Assembly: GCA_944375715.1 (NCBI GenBank)
Contig: CALWAP010000004.1
Location: 10,970 to 74,969, forward strand
Source of the DNA: an uncultured Clostridia bacterium
Lineage (GTDB): Bacteria > Bacillota > Clostridia > Oscillospirales > Butyricicoccaceae
Direction of reading: 5' to 3'
DNA length: 64,000 nt
The notes below the pieces were generated by a model. The model searched no databases and was not told the origin of the DNA. It saw nothing but the letters and a program-made list of their open reading frames with translations. Shown here piece after piece: positions 47,594-57,042 of this stretch. Positions within the stretch are counted from its first letter, which is position 1; every line of letters starts with the position of its first letter. The translations under genes were made by a program, and so were the position numbers.

Positions 47594-48345
47594 ATATCAG
47601 GGTGGAAGGCGTCGTTTTAAGGGCTGTCGACTATAGGGAAAGCGACAGGATACTTACGGTGCTGACGCGGGAAAAAGGAAGGATAACGGTCAAGGCAGCC
47701 GGCTGCCGCAGAAAGAGCAGCCGGCTTTCTTCGGCGTGCCAGGTTTTCTGCTATTCCGAAATGTCACTTTTTGAAAGGGACGGCAGATACAGCCTTGACG
47801 ACGCTTTTGTAAAGGCGCAGTTTTACGGGCTGTGCTCCGATATAGAGAAGATGACCCTGGCTTCATATTTTGCCCAGGTGCTTATGGCCGAGCCGGAGGA
47901 AAGCCCCGGTTCGGAAGGGGCTTTGAGGCTGGCGCTCAACAGCTTTTACGCGCTGGAAAAGGGCCTTTATCCGCTTTGGAAGATAAAAGCGGCGTTCGAG
48001 CTCAAATACGCCTGCCTCTGCGGCTATGCCCCCGACATAGCCTGCTGCCATATGTGCGGCGGAAGGGGAGAAGGGTATGTGGGGATATCCGACGGGCTGC
48101 GCACCTGCAAGGAGTGCATGAAGACGCCTCCTTTGGGGCAGTTTTACCTTGACTCGGCTGCGTTTGACGGTGCGCAGTACATAATAACATGTGATCTTAA
48201 GCGGCTTTTTTCCTTTGATCTTCCCAAAGGCTCGGGCAGGCTGCTTTCCGATTTCTGCGAGAGATACCTTCTCGACAAGACAGAACAGGGCTATAAAGCC
48301 CTTCAGATGTATAAAACCCTTACGGGTGAAGAGGTACAGCTATGA
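47590..48345 (+). CDS. recO: DNA repair protein RecO
   Basis: N-terminal OB fold (GVVLRAVDYRESDRILTVLT) and a Cys4 zinc motif (CCHMCG...CKEC). Confidence 0.9.
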   Translation: MNIRVEGVVLRAVDYRESDRILTVLTREKGRITVKAAGCRRKSSRLSSACQVFCYSEMSLFERDGRYSLDDAFVKAQFYGLCSDIEKMTLASYFAQVLMAEPEESPGSEGALRLALNSFYALEKGLYPLWKIKAAFELKYACLCGYAPDIACCHMCGGRGEGYVGISDGLRTCKECMKTPPLGQFYLDSAAFDGAQYIITCDLKRLFSFDLPKGSGRLLSDFCERYLLDKTEQGYKALQMYKTLTGEEVQL

Positions 48346-50720
48346 CTATAAACGAAAAATCACTCTCGACGCTGGAATATTTCAAGGTCCTGGAAATGCT
48401 GGCGGCCGAGACCTCCAGCGAAGGCGCCAGGCAGAGAGCTATGGAGCTGAGGCCTTTTGGCAGCATTGCCGAGGCCGAAAGGGCCCAGACCATGTGCGCC
48501 GACGCCGTATATCTTCAGGGGCTTTACGGCAGCCCCTCCCTTACGGGCACGATAGATGTGTCGCCCTTTGTCAAGCGTGCCGAGATGGGCGGCAGCCTTA
48601 ATCCCGGCGAGCTTTTGAAGGTGGCCTCCCTTTTAAGGGTGGTCAGGGGCGTAAAGCAGTATATGGAAAACCGCAAGGAGGAAAAGACATCGATAGATTC
48701 TTTCTTTTCCGCCCTCAGCGGCAACAAATATCTTGAAAGCAAGATAACCGAAAGCATTATATCCGAAGAGGAGATAGCTGACTCGGCAAGCTCCGAGCTT
48801 TATGACATACGCCGTCAGATGCGCACGGCTTCCTCGAAGATTAGGGATACCCTTAACAAAACGGTCACCTCCCAGGCATACTCCAAAATGCTTCAGGACA
48901 GCATCATAACGACACGCTCGGGCAGGTATGTGGTGCCGGTCAAGGCCGAATACCGCGGTTCCTTCCCGGGGCTTGTCCACGATGTGTCCTCCAGCGGAGC
49001 CACCCTTTTTATCGAGCCTTCGGCCGTTGTCGAGCTCAACAATTCCCTGAGGGTGCTTGCTTCAAAGGAAAGGGACGAAATAGACAGGATACTTTCCATA
49101 CTTTCGGCCGAAGTGGCGAACTTTGCCGACAGCCTTAAAAACGATTACGACATACTTTGCCGCATAGACTATATTTTCGCCTGTGCTTCTCTGGCATACA
49201 AGCTCAGGGCCGTAAAGCCCCACCTTGCCGAAAACAGGCAGACAAGGCTGATAAAGGCCAGGCACCCCCTGCTTGACCAGAGCAAGGCCGTGCCCATTGA
49301 TTTTACGATAGGCGGGGCCTGCGATACCGTTATAATAACGGGTCCCAACACGGGCGGTAAGACTGTAAGCTTAAAGACATTGGGACTTTTGGTGCTGATG
49401 GCGAAAAGCGGCCTTCATATCCCGGCGTCGGAGGGCAGCCAGATATCCTTTTATGATTCGGTGCTGGCCGATATCGGCGACGAGCAGAGCATAGAGCAGT
49501 CCCTTTCGACATTTTCCGCCCATATGAGCAATATAGTGAAAATACTTTCGGAGGCGAAGAAAGGCTCACTTGTCCTGATGGATGAGCTGGGAGCGGGCAC
49601 CGACCCTGTGGAGGGCGCTGCCCTGGCAATAGCCATAATCGAGCGCCTGCGTGAAATGGGGGTATGCGTCGCAGCTACTACCCATTATGCCGAGCTTAAG
49701 ATGTACGCCCTTGAAACAAAGGGTGTCGAGAACGCCTCGTGCGAGTTTGACGTGGCGACCCTTATGCCGACATACAGGCTGGTTTTCGGCGTTCCGGGAA
49801 AATCCAATGCCTTTGCGATATCGGAAAGGCTGGGCATCGATAAGGATATAATAGCCTCGGCATCCGAAAAGGTAGACAATCAGAATAAAAAGTTTGAAGA
49901 GGTCATTGCCAGCCTTGAAGAAAAGCGCCAGGCGTTGGAGAGCCGCCTTGCCAAGGCCGAAAAGGACATGCGCGACGCCGAACAGGCAAGCGCTCAGGCA
50001 AAGAAGCATCTGGCCGATCTGGACAGGGAGCGTGATAAGCTGATCCTGGACGCAAAGCTCAAGGCTTCCGAAATAATCGGGGAGGCGAGAAGGTCGGCGG
50101 ATACCGTTCTGGACGAGGCAAGGCAGCTTAAAAAACAGGCCGAGGACGGCAAGGATGCGAATTTGGCGGCGGCCAGGGCGGCATTCAGGGGAGAGCTTTC
50201 AAAGGCAGAGAAGAACCTTGCGGCAAAAAAAGTCGAGAAGAAAGCCATGCCCCTTCCCAGGGAGCTTAGGCCCGGTGATTATGTGGAAATAGCCAAAACA
50301 GGCACAAAAGCCACCGTTTTGGAGGTCCATGAGGGCAGCGATTCGGTGCTTTTGCAGGCGGGCATACTTAAGATAACGGCCAAAAAGAAGGAGCTTACAC
50401 TTTTGGAGGGCCAGAAGGCCGAACAGAAGGAGATAAAGCGCACGCTGCCCAAGTCGGGTTCTATTTCAGGCGGCGCTTCCAGCTCGATAGACGTCAGGGG
50501 CATGACGGCTGAAGAAGCCCTGATGGAGGTCGATATGTTCATCGACCATGCCGTAAGGTTCCATCTGGAAGAGGTCACGATAATCCACGGAAAAGGCACA
50601 GGGGTATTAAGGCAGGCCGTCCAGGCCCAGATGAAGCGGGACCCCAGGGTCAAAAGCTGCCGCTCGGGCGTTTACGGAGAGGGCGAGATGGGGGTCACGG
50701 TCGTGACCCTTAAGAGGTGA
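48342..50720 (+). CDS. mutS2: endonuclease MutS2 (MutS domain + Smr)
   Basis: GPNTGGKT and DELGAGTDP motifs, a long coiled coil, and a C-terminal Smr domain (IIHGKGTGVLR). Confidence 0.93.
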   Translation: MTINEKSLSTLEYFKVLEMLAAETSSEGARQRAMELRPFGSIAEAERAQTMCADAVYLQGLYGSPSLTGTIDVSPFVKRAEMGGSLNPGELLKVASLLRVVRGVKQYMENRKEEKTSIDSFFSALSGNKYLESKITESIISEEEIADSASSELYDIRRQMRTASSKIRDTLNKTVTSQAYSKMLQDSIITTRSGRYVVPVKAEYRGSFPGLVHDVSSSGATLFIEPSAVVELNNSLRVLASKERDEIDRILSILSAEVANFADSLKNDYDILCRIDYIFACASLAYKLRAVKPHLAENRQTRLIKARHPLLDQSKAVPIDFTIGGACDTVIITGPNTGGKTVSLKTLGLLVLMAKSGLHIPASEGSQISFYDSVLADIGDEQSIEQSLSTFSAHMSNIVKILSEAKKGSLVLMDELGAGTDPVEGAALAIAIIERLREMGVCVAATTHYAELKMYALETKGVENASCEFDVATLMPTYRLVFGVPGKSNAFAISERLGIDKDIIASASEKVDNQNKKFEEVIASLEEKRQALESRLAKAEKDMRDAEQASAQAKKHLADLDRERDKLILDAKLKASEIIGEARRSADTVLDEARQLKKQAEDGKDANLAAARAAFRGELSKAEKNLAAKKVEKKAMPLPRELRPGDYVEIAKTGTKATVLEVHEGSDSVLLQAGILKITAKKKELTLLEGQKAEQKEIKRTLPKSGSISGGASSSIDVRGMTAEEALMEVDMFIDHAVRFHLEEVTIIHGKGTGVLRQAVQAQMKRDPRVKSCRSGVYGEGEMGVTVVTLKR

Positions 50721-50725
50721 CGGCA

Positions 50726-51439
50726 ATGATGGGAATAGGTACCTTGGCAAACGCCGCAGGAATAATCATCGGCGGATGCATAGGCCTGGCTTTTAAAAAG
50801 GGGCTTCCCGAAAGGTTTCGCAGCCTGATGTTCGATGCCGCCGGTGCCGCCGTCTTTTTTATCGGAATATCGGGGGTAATGTCCGCCTGCCTCAGGGCCT
50901 CGCAGGATGGGAGCCTTTCCGCAGAAGGCACAATGGTAATGCTTTTGTCGCTTGTAGTTGGCTCTGTCATAGGCGAGGCCATAAGAATAGACAGGTTTTT
51001 CGACTTTGTGTCGGACAGGCTCAAAAAAGCCTTTTCTTCCAAAGCAGGCAATATCGGAGAGGGCTTTGCCTCGACTACGATACTTTTTTGTGCCGGGGCC
51101 ATGGCCATAATCGGAGCCATTGAGGACGGTGCCATGGGCAACCCCGACCTGCTTTACACCAAGGCTGTGCTGGACGGCATTTCTTCGATAATATTTGGTG
51201 CCGTATTTGGCGGCGCGGTGTTTTTATCTGCGGGATCGGTAGTTTTATACCAGGGGACTATAACGCTTCTGGCGGGGCTGCTTTCGCCCTATTTAAGCGA
51301 CCTTGTGGTTTCCCAAATGTCCCTTGTCGGCTCTGCTGTGCTGACCCTTTTGGCCTTTGATATGTGGGGCATAAAGAAGTTCAATGTGGCCAATATGATC
51401 CCGGCTGCGTTCATGCCGTTTTTCTTTTCACTTGTTTAG
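50726..51439 (+). CDS. DUF554-family membrane protein
   Basis: MMGIGTLANAAGIIIGG N-terminus and a multi-pass membrane profile. AAGAGGTG RBS. Confidence 0.7.
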   Translation: MMGIGTLANAAGIIIGGCIGLAFKKGLPERFRSLMFDAAGAAVFFIGISGVMSACLRASQDGSLSAEGTMVMLLSLVVGSVIGEAIRIDRFFDFVSDRLKKAFSSKAGNIGEGFASTTILFCAGAMAIIGAIEDGAMGNPDLLYTKAVLDGISSIIFGAVFGGAVFLSAGSVVLYQGTITLLAGLLSPYLSDLVVSQMSLVGSAVLTLLAFDMWGIKKFNVANMIPAAFMPFFFSLV

Positions 51440-51466
51440 CGTCCGGCCGTTATATAAAAAAGAGGT

Positions 51467-51865
51467 ATGCAGATGGAAGAAGTATATGCTTTTCTTAAAG
51501 CCTGCGGTACATATTATCTGGCTACGGTTGATGGAGACCATCCCAGGGTACTCCCCTTCGGCACTATTGATATTTTTGACGGGAAACTGACTATCCGGAC
51601 GGGCAGGAAAAAAGATGTTGCCCAGCAGATGCTTGAAAACCCCAAGGTGGAGATCTGCGCCTTTGACGGCAAAAAATGGCTGCGCCTTTGCGCGATGGCC
51701 GTGGAAGTGCCGGATATCAAGGCTCAGGAGCACATGCTTGACTCCTATCCCAATCTTAAGGCGTCCTATGCTCCCGGCGACGGCAACACGATCATCTTTG
51801 CCCTGGCCGATGCAAAAGCTGTCTTTTCATCCTTTACCGAGCCTTCGTACACGGTTAGCTTTTAA
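51467..51865 (+). CDS. pyridoxamine 5'-phosphate oxidase-family (FMN-binding split-barrel) protein
   Basis: About 130 aa, with YLATVDGDHPRVLPFG... The start could be the second ATG at 51473, which has better RBS spacing. Confidence 0.65.
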   Translation: MQMEEVYAFLKACGTYYLATVDGDHPRVLPFGTIDIFDGKLTIRTGRKKDVAQQMLENPKVEICAFDGKKWLRLCAMAVEVPDIKAQEHMLDSYPNLKASYAPGDGNTIIFALADAKAVFSSFTEPSYTVSF

Positions 51866-51886
51866 TTTCCCGAAGCTTACGGAATA

Positions 51887-51917
51887 AAAATCCCCTTCTT
51901 TCAAAGAAGGGGATTTT
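51887..51917. terminator. bidirectional terminator
   Basis: AAAATCCCCTTCT-ttcaa-AGAAGGGGATTTT. Confidence 0.8.
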
Positions 51918-51939
51918 CTTATATCACGCATATTTGATT

Positions 51940-52398
51940 TTAATTTCCGGACAGCTTTTGCAGTATTTTAAGGTAAAAATCATGGGCGCCTTCCAAATCA
52001 TTTTTGTCGGGATGACCTTTTGCAATGCCTCCCATCAGCCTGAACGGGCCGAAGGTATCATATCCCCGGCAGGAAAACTCGCCAAGGACGCGGCATCCTT
52101 TTTGGCCTGCAATATCGTAAAGATCCCCGGCCCCTTTTCCTTTGGCCGCTCCGTAGGTATAGACAAAAAAGACATCTTTGTTTTCCGGCAGGTACTGACG
52201 GGTGAATTCCGCAACGGCTTTCTGAACGGTAAAGCCGTATATGCCGGAGGCAAACCCTATGCAGTCATATTCATCGAGATGCACAGTCTGGCGGCAAGTG
52301 ACGTCCAACAGGTCTGCTTTCTGGGCTTGGGTCATGGCTTTCAGGACTTTCAGCGTGTTTCCGTGATGGCGTGAATAATAGCATATGGCGATTTTCAT
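51940..52398 (-). CDS. flavodoxin-family protein
   Basis: MKIAICYYSRHHGNT N-terminus. GGAGGAG RBS before the ATG at 52398. Confidence 0.75.
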   Translation of the reverse strand: MKIAICYYSRHHGNTLKVLKAMTQAQKADLLDVTCRQTVHLDEYDCIGFASGIYGFTVQKAVAEFTRQYLPENKDVFFVYTYGAAKGKGAGDLYDIAGQKGCRVLGEFSCRGYDTFGPFRLMGGIAKGHPDKNDLEGAHDFYLKILQKLSGN

Positions 52399-52541
52399 TC
52401 GGCATCTCCTCCATAAAAGCAGGGACAAAAGCCGCCCGCTGTTTTCCCGGACTTTACATAGCCAATTATACCATGATGATTTTGAAAAACCAGGTGATTT
52501 GACAAATTTTAAGGTGGAAAATGTGATGCATACAGAATATA

Positions 52542-52570
52542 TTGACAGACTTCTATATATATGCTAACAT
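52542..52570 (+). promoter_or_regulatory. sigma-A-type promoter candidate for the arsR-like operon
   Basis: TTGACA, 17 nt, TAACAT. Confidence 0.5.
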
Positions 52571-52613
52571 ATGTCTGCAAATATAGACAGATATCTATGA
52601 AAGGCTGATTTGT

Positions 52614-52934
52614 TTGAATAATTTTTCAAAGGACGCCGAAATGCTCAAGGCCATCGGCGACGAGAACAGGCTTTTAATACTTGACATGCTCAAAGATGGA
52701 GAAAAGTGCGCCTGCAAGCTTTTGGAGAGGCTTGGCATAAGCCAGCCTACACTTTCTCACCATATGAAGATCCTTTGCGCATCAGGCCTTGTCAGTGGGC
52801 GCAGGGAGGGCAAATGGGTACATTATTCGATTAACAGAATTCAGTGGGAGGGCCTGCTTGTACGCCTGGCATCCATAGCCTCGGGCAGCGAAAATGGCCT
52901 TTCGTGTGAGTGTATTGGCAGGGAGGCTGTATAA
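52614..52934 (+). CDS. ArsR/SmtB-family metalloregulator
   Basis: LKAIGDENRLLILDML and a CAC pair (GEKCACKLLE) at the alpha-3 position; HTH ISQPTLSHHMKIL. The start is uncertain (TTG at 52614 or ATG at 52641). Confidence 0.85.
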   Translation: MNNFSKDAEMLKAIGDENRLLILDMLKDGEKCACKLLERLGISQPTLSHHMKILCASGLVSGRREGKWVHYSINRIQWEGLLVRLASIASGSENGLSCECIGREAV

Positions 52935-52935
52935 A

Positions 52936-53877
52936 ATGGGGAAAAAAATCGACCTGTATATCCTGACGGGATTTTTGGGTTCGGGGAAAACGACAATGCT
53001 TCTGAATCTTATTGACAAGATGAGGGGAGAAAAGATAGGAATAATCCAAAATGAGTTTGGAAAGCTGTCCATTGACGGCGAAATTTTGAAAAGCGGCGAT
53101 ATTGAGATGAAGGAGATAAGCCGCGGATCGATATTCTGCTCATGCCTCAAGCTGAATTTTGTCCAGGCCCTGGCGGAAATGGCCGATATGGATATAGAGT
53201 ACCTTTTTGTCGAAAGTTCCGGGCTTGCCGATCCTTCGAATATGGAGGAGATATTGAAAGCAGTGGAGGCCGTGAGATCTGATGCGCCTTATCAGTTGAA
53301 AGGTGCAATATGTCTTGTGGATGGAGTAGATTTTCTGAATTTGAGCGCGAAGGAAGACCTGGAGACCATAAGGCGCCAGGTGGTACACTGTCATGTGGCT
53401 CTGATAAATAAATGCGATCTTATTGACGAAGAACAGGCGCATAAGGTGGAAAATGCAGTTAGACAGCTTAACCCCACATGCCTTATACTCCGCACGGTAA
53501 ATGGGCAGATAGACCCGGAGCTTTTAAAAAGGGATTTAAGCGAACTTTGTACAGCACCCCCGGAGGATACCACCAATACGGTGGAGACAAAGCCCAAAAC
53601 CTTCTCTTTGGAGTTTGAAGGGGATATTAAAAAGGATGTTCTTGTGCCTTTCCTCAAGGCTGTCCTGCCCGAATGCTACCGCATAAAGGGATTCTTCCTT
53701 ATAGAAGGGCAGTGGAGCCAGGTGGATGTTGTAGAGGACAGAATAGATATAAAGCCCAGCCCGGAAAAGAGTGTATCCACCCTTGTGTTTATTTCCAAAG
53801 TTGGGCATACGCTGATAAGGACAATAAACGACAGCTGGAAAACTATAGTTTCCCTGCCGGTAAAGCTTAAAAATTAG
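52936..53877 (+). CDS. COG0523/CobW-family G3E GTPase (putative metallochaperone)
   Basis: P-loop GFLGSGKTT, VESSGLADP and NKCDL motifs, and a CobW_C-like end. The CxCC position reads CSCL. Confidence 0.8.
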   Translation: MGKKIDLYILTGFLGSGKTTMLLNLIDKMRGEKIGIIQNEFGKLSIDGEILKSGDIEMKEISRGSIFCSCLKLNFVQALAEMADMDIEYLFVESSGLADPSNMEEILKAVEAVRSDAPYQLKGAICLVDGVDFLNLSAKEDLETIRRQVVHCHVALINKCDLIDEEQAHKVENAVRQLNPTCLILRTVNGQIDPELLKRDLSELCTAPPEDTTNTVETKPKTFSLEFEGDIKKDVLVPFLKAVLPECYRIKGFFLIEGQWSQVDVVEDRIDIKPSPEKSVSTLVFISKVGHTLIRTINDSWKTIVSLPVKLKN

Positions 53878-53886
53878 AGGTTCGGT

Positions 53887-54126
53887 ATGGATATAAAAGT
53901 GGTCGGAGCCGGGTGCGATAAATGCGACAGGCTTTATGAGAATGTTCTTGAGGCGGTAAAGCTGACACATGTGGATGCCACAGTCACAAAGGTAGAGGAT
54001 CTGATAGAAACTGTAAAGCTGGGGGTCATGACGGCCCCTACACTTATGATTGATGGCAGGCAGGTAATAAAAGGGACGGTCGCTTCGGTAAAGGACATCT
54101 GCCGGCAGATAAAAAAACTGAAATAG
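53887..54126 (+). CDS. small thioredoxin-fold protein (redox-active disulfide protein 2 type)
   Basis: 79 aa; CxxC motif GCDKC near the N-terminus. Confidence 0.7.
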   Translation: MDIKVVGAGCDKCDRLYENVLEAVKLTHVDATVTKVEDLIETVKLGVMTAPTLMIDGRQVIKGTVASVKDICRQIKKLK

Positions 54127-54331
54127 CGTTTTTGTGCTGGGGTTTCACATAAAGGTCCAAACAGAAGAAATCTCAACAAAATGTTTCGTAGAAATATACA
54201 AAATATGGCCGCTTTAATGGCTTTTGGTTTTGTTTTTTAACGGATTTATCAAAAACTTATTGCATTTTTTGGGGATTTCTGATAATGTATAGGTTATAAA
54301 AGTGATTCCATAATGGAAGGCGAGGGTTCTT

Positions 54332-54595
54332 ATGTTTTCTAAAGAAGTAACCGTTAACAATCAGGTGGGCCTTTATGCAAGGCCGGCCACCTTCTTTATT
54401 CAGAAGGCCAATGAATACAAAAGCACCATTATGGTGGAAAAAGATGAGCGCAAAGTAAACGCCAAGAGCCTTTTGGGCGTTCTTTCTCTCGGCATTACGA
54501 GAGGCACTACCATTAATATTTCCGCCGAGGGCGCCGATGAAGAAGAGGCCGTCATGGCTCTTTGCGATCTTATCGCATCGAACTTCGGCGAATAA
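54332..54595 (+). CDS. HPr-family protein lacking His15 (Crh-like)
   Basis: Aligns by eye to HPr and Crh. GLYARPA stands in place of GIHARPA (Tyr codon TAT at 54374..54376). The Ser46 context VNAKSLLGVLSLG is conserved. Confidence 0.8.
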   Translation: MFSKEVTVNNQVGLYARPATFFIQKANEYKSTIMVEKDERKVNAKSLLGVLSLGITRGTTINISAEGADEEEAVMALCDLIASNFGE

Positions 54596-54614
54596 AGCCG
54601 CAGAAGAGAAGGCA

Positions 54615-54646
54615 AACGCCGCATGATTTCATGCGGCGTTTTTTTA
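54615..54646 (+). terminator. Rho-independent terminator after the HPr-like gene
   Basis: AACGCCGCATG-attt-CATGCGGCGTT, followed by TTTTT. Confidence 0.85.
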
Positions 54647-54659
54647 AATTATTCAAAGG

Positions 54660-56510
54660 ATGGTATGTTTGGATTTCGAAGCTCTGAAACAAAAGGCCCA
54701 TGACCTGCCCAAAGAGCCAGGGGTCTATATAATGAAGGACGCTTTGGGGCAGATAATATATATCGGCAAAGCCAAGGTACTCAAAAACAGGGTTAGCCAA
54801 TATTTTTCGGCTCTGTCCTCCCATACGGCCAAAACCCGGCAGATGATATCGAAAATATCTGATTTTGAAACCATATTTGCCGGCAGCGAGTTCGAGGCCC
54901 TGCTTTTGGAAAATACCCTGATAAAGAAGCATAAGCCTAAGTACAATATACTTTTGAAGGATGACAAGGGCTATCCCTTTGTCGCTATAAGCCGCGAGGA
55001 ATACCCCAGGTTTTTCATCGAGCCTTCTGTTAAGGACAACGGCATGGATTATTATGGTCCATATGGAGCCAGGGGTTCGGCAAAGGCAGCTATTGACCTG
55101 TTAAAGCAGATCTTCCTTCTGCCCACATGCTCCAAGGTTTTTCCGAGGGATATCAAAAAAGATCGCCCGTGCCTCCGTTATCAGATGAAAAAATGCTGCG
55201 GTGTCTGCACAGGCAGGATAAGCGCTGCGGAATATAACGAGATGATAGATCAGTGCCGAAGCCTTTTAAAGGGCAACGATAAGGAACTTATCAAAGAGCT
55301 GGAAGCACGCATGGAGCAGTGTGCCGAAAACCTGGAGTTTGAAAAGGCGGCAGTTTACCGTGACAGGCTTAACGGCCTTAAAAAGCTGGAGCTTAGGCAG
55401 ACCGTGACAGGGGGCAGGATGTCGGATACCGACGCTCTGGCCTTTGTCACATGGGGCAGCCGCTCCTGCATATCCCTTTTGTCCTTTGTCGGCGGCAGCC
55501 TGACAGGCAAGGAAGTTGTTTTTTTTGACGGCCTGGAGCAAGAAGATATGAAAGACGCCGTTGAAAGCTTTATAAAGCAGTACTATGGCCTTTTCAGCAC
55601 AGCGCCCAGGGAGCTGTGCACCCGGCGTGAGCTGGAGGACAGCGAGGTTCTGGGAGAATACCTGACCAGCCTGAGGGGCAGCAAATGTGTTATAACATGC
55701 CCAAAGAGGGGTGAGAGGCTCCGCATGACTGAAATGGCCGAGAATAACGGCCTTTTGGAGCTTCAGACATTGGAAAAAAGGGAGCAGAAGTCAAAAAAAC
55801 TGCTGGAGCTTTTAAAGGACGCCCTTTCGATGGATAAACTGCCCGAAAGGATAGAGGCCTTTGATATTTCCAATACCGCGGGCGAGTTTCCTGTAGCTTC
55901 AATGACTGTGTTTTGCGAAGGTAAGCCTAAAAAGGGTGATTATAAAAAGTTCAGGATCAAGGAAGCTGTGGGAGGGGATGATTACGGAGCTATGGCAGAG
56001 GTCATAGGCCGCAGGCTAGACAGGGCGCTTTCGGAGGATAAAAGCTTTCTGCCCCTGCCCGACCTTATGCTTATCGACGGCGGCAAGGGCCAGACAGGCA
56101 TTGCCCTGCATGAGATACAAAAAAGAGGGCTGGATATTGCCGTTTTTGGCATGGTCAAGGATGACAGGCACAGAACCCGGGCGCTGGTATCGCCCGACGG
56201 CAGGGAGATAGGCATAAGGGCCACCCCGCAGCTGTTTTCATTTATAGGCAGGATACAGGAAGAAACACATCGTTTTGCCATAGAGTACCACAGAAAGAGC
56301 ATGAGCGGTACAATGAAAAAGAGCGTGCTTGACGAAATAGAGGGTATAGGCCCACAAAGGCGCAAAAAACTTCTTTCGAGGTTTGGCAGCGTAAAGGGCA
56401 TAAGAGCGGCGTCGGTCGATGAAATAGCCGAGGTCGTGCCCATGGCGGTAGCCGAAAAAATAAAGATCAGGCTTGGTGACAGTGATGAGAATAATAAGCG
56501 GCAGCTTTAG
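54660..56510 (+). CDS. uvrC: excinuclease ABC subunit C
   Basis: GIY-YIG domain (PGVYIMKD...IIYIGKAKVLKNRV), a UVR domain and a C-terminal HhH. Confidence 0.93.
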   Translation: MVCLDFEALKQKAHDLPKEPGVYIMKDALGQIIYIGKAKVLKNRVSQYFSALSSHTAKTRQMISKISDFETIFAGSEFEALLLENTLIKKHKPKYNILLKDDKGYPFVAISREEYPRFFIEPSVKDNGMDYYGPYGARGSAKAAIDLLKQIFLLPTCSKVFPRDIKKDRPCLRYQMKKCCGVCTGRISAAEYNEMIDQCRSLLKGNDKELIKELEARMEQCAENLEFEKAAVYRDRLNGLKKLELRQTVTGGRMSDTDALAFVTWGSRSCISLLSFVGGSLTGKEVVFFDGLEQEDMKDAVESFIKQYYGLFSTAPRELCTRRELEDSEVLGEYLTSLRGSKCVITCPKRGERLRMTEMAENNGLLELQTLEKREQKSKKLLELLKDALSMDKLPERIEAFDISNTAGEFPVASMTVFCEGKPKKGDYKKFRIKEAVGGDDYGAMAEVIGRRLDRALSEDKSFLPLPDLMLIDGGKGQTGIALHEIQKRGLDIAVFGMVKDDRHRTRALVSPDGREIGIRATPQLFSFIGRIQEETHRFAIEYHRKSMSGTMKKSVLDEIEGIGPQRRKKLLSRFGSVKGIRAASVDEIAEVVPMAVAEKIKIRLGDSDENNKRQL

Positions 56511-57042
56511 GGGCACTAAACTTACCCCGCCGCCGGGAATGACAACAAGGCCTACAACCGATAAGGTCAAGGAATCGCTTTTCAGCATAATACAGTTTGA
56601 ACTTGAAAATGCCTCGGTGCTGGACCTGTTCGCGGGTTCAGGACAGCTGGGGCTGGAGGCCCTGTCCAGGGGGGCAGCCCGCTGTACCTTTGTAGAAAGG
56701 GACAGAGGAGCCCTTTCGGCGCTTTCAAAAAATATAGAAGCCTGCCGTGCAGAAAATATTTCCAGGGTGGTTAGAGGGGACAGCTTTAGTTTCCTTGAAA
56801 GGGCCGGGGCGCAGAGCTTCGGCGTGATATTGCTTGATCCTCCATATGGCGGCGATCTTTTGAGAAGGGCTATTGAGCTTATAAATCGGTTTGACATCCT
56901 GAAAGATGATGGTATAATGATTTGTGAAAAAGCGCCCGGGGACGATATTATGCCCCTCCCTTCGGGGCTCTGCCTTCAAAAGGAGTACAAATACGGCCGG
57001 ATAATGCTTTGCAAAATAACAAAAGAGGGTAAAACCGTATGA
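56485..57042 (+). CDS. rsmD: 16S rRNA (guanine966-N2)-methyltransferase RsmD
   Basis: MRIISGSFRG, DLFAGSGQLGLEALSRGA and DPPY motifs. Confidence 0.88.
   Translation: MRIISGSFRGTKLTPPPGMTTRPTTDKVKESLFSIIQFELENASVLDLFAGSGQLGLEALSRGAARCTFVERDRGALSALSKNIEACRAENISRVVRGDSFSFLERAGAQSFGVILLDPPYGGDLLRRAIELINRFDILKDDGIMICEKAPGDDIMPLPSGLCLQKEYKYGRIMLCKITKEGKTV

Noticed and set aside
52571-52591. Candidate ArsR operator palindrome downstream of the arsR promoter.
   Set aside because: Only a 5-bp inverted repeat (TGTCT-N8-AGACA) is present. That is too short to call an ArsR/SmtB 12-2-12 operator.
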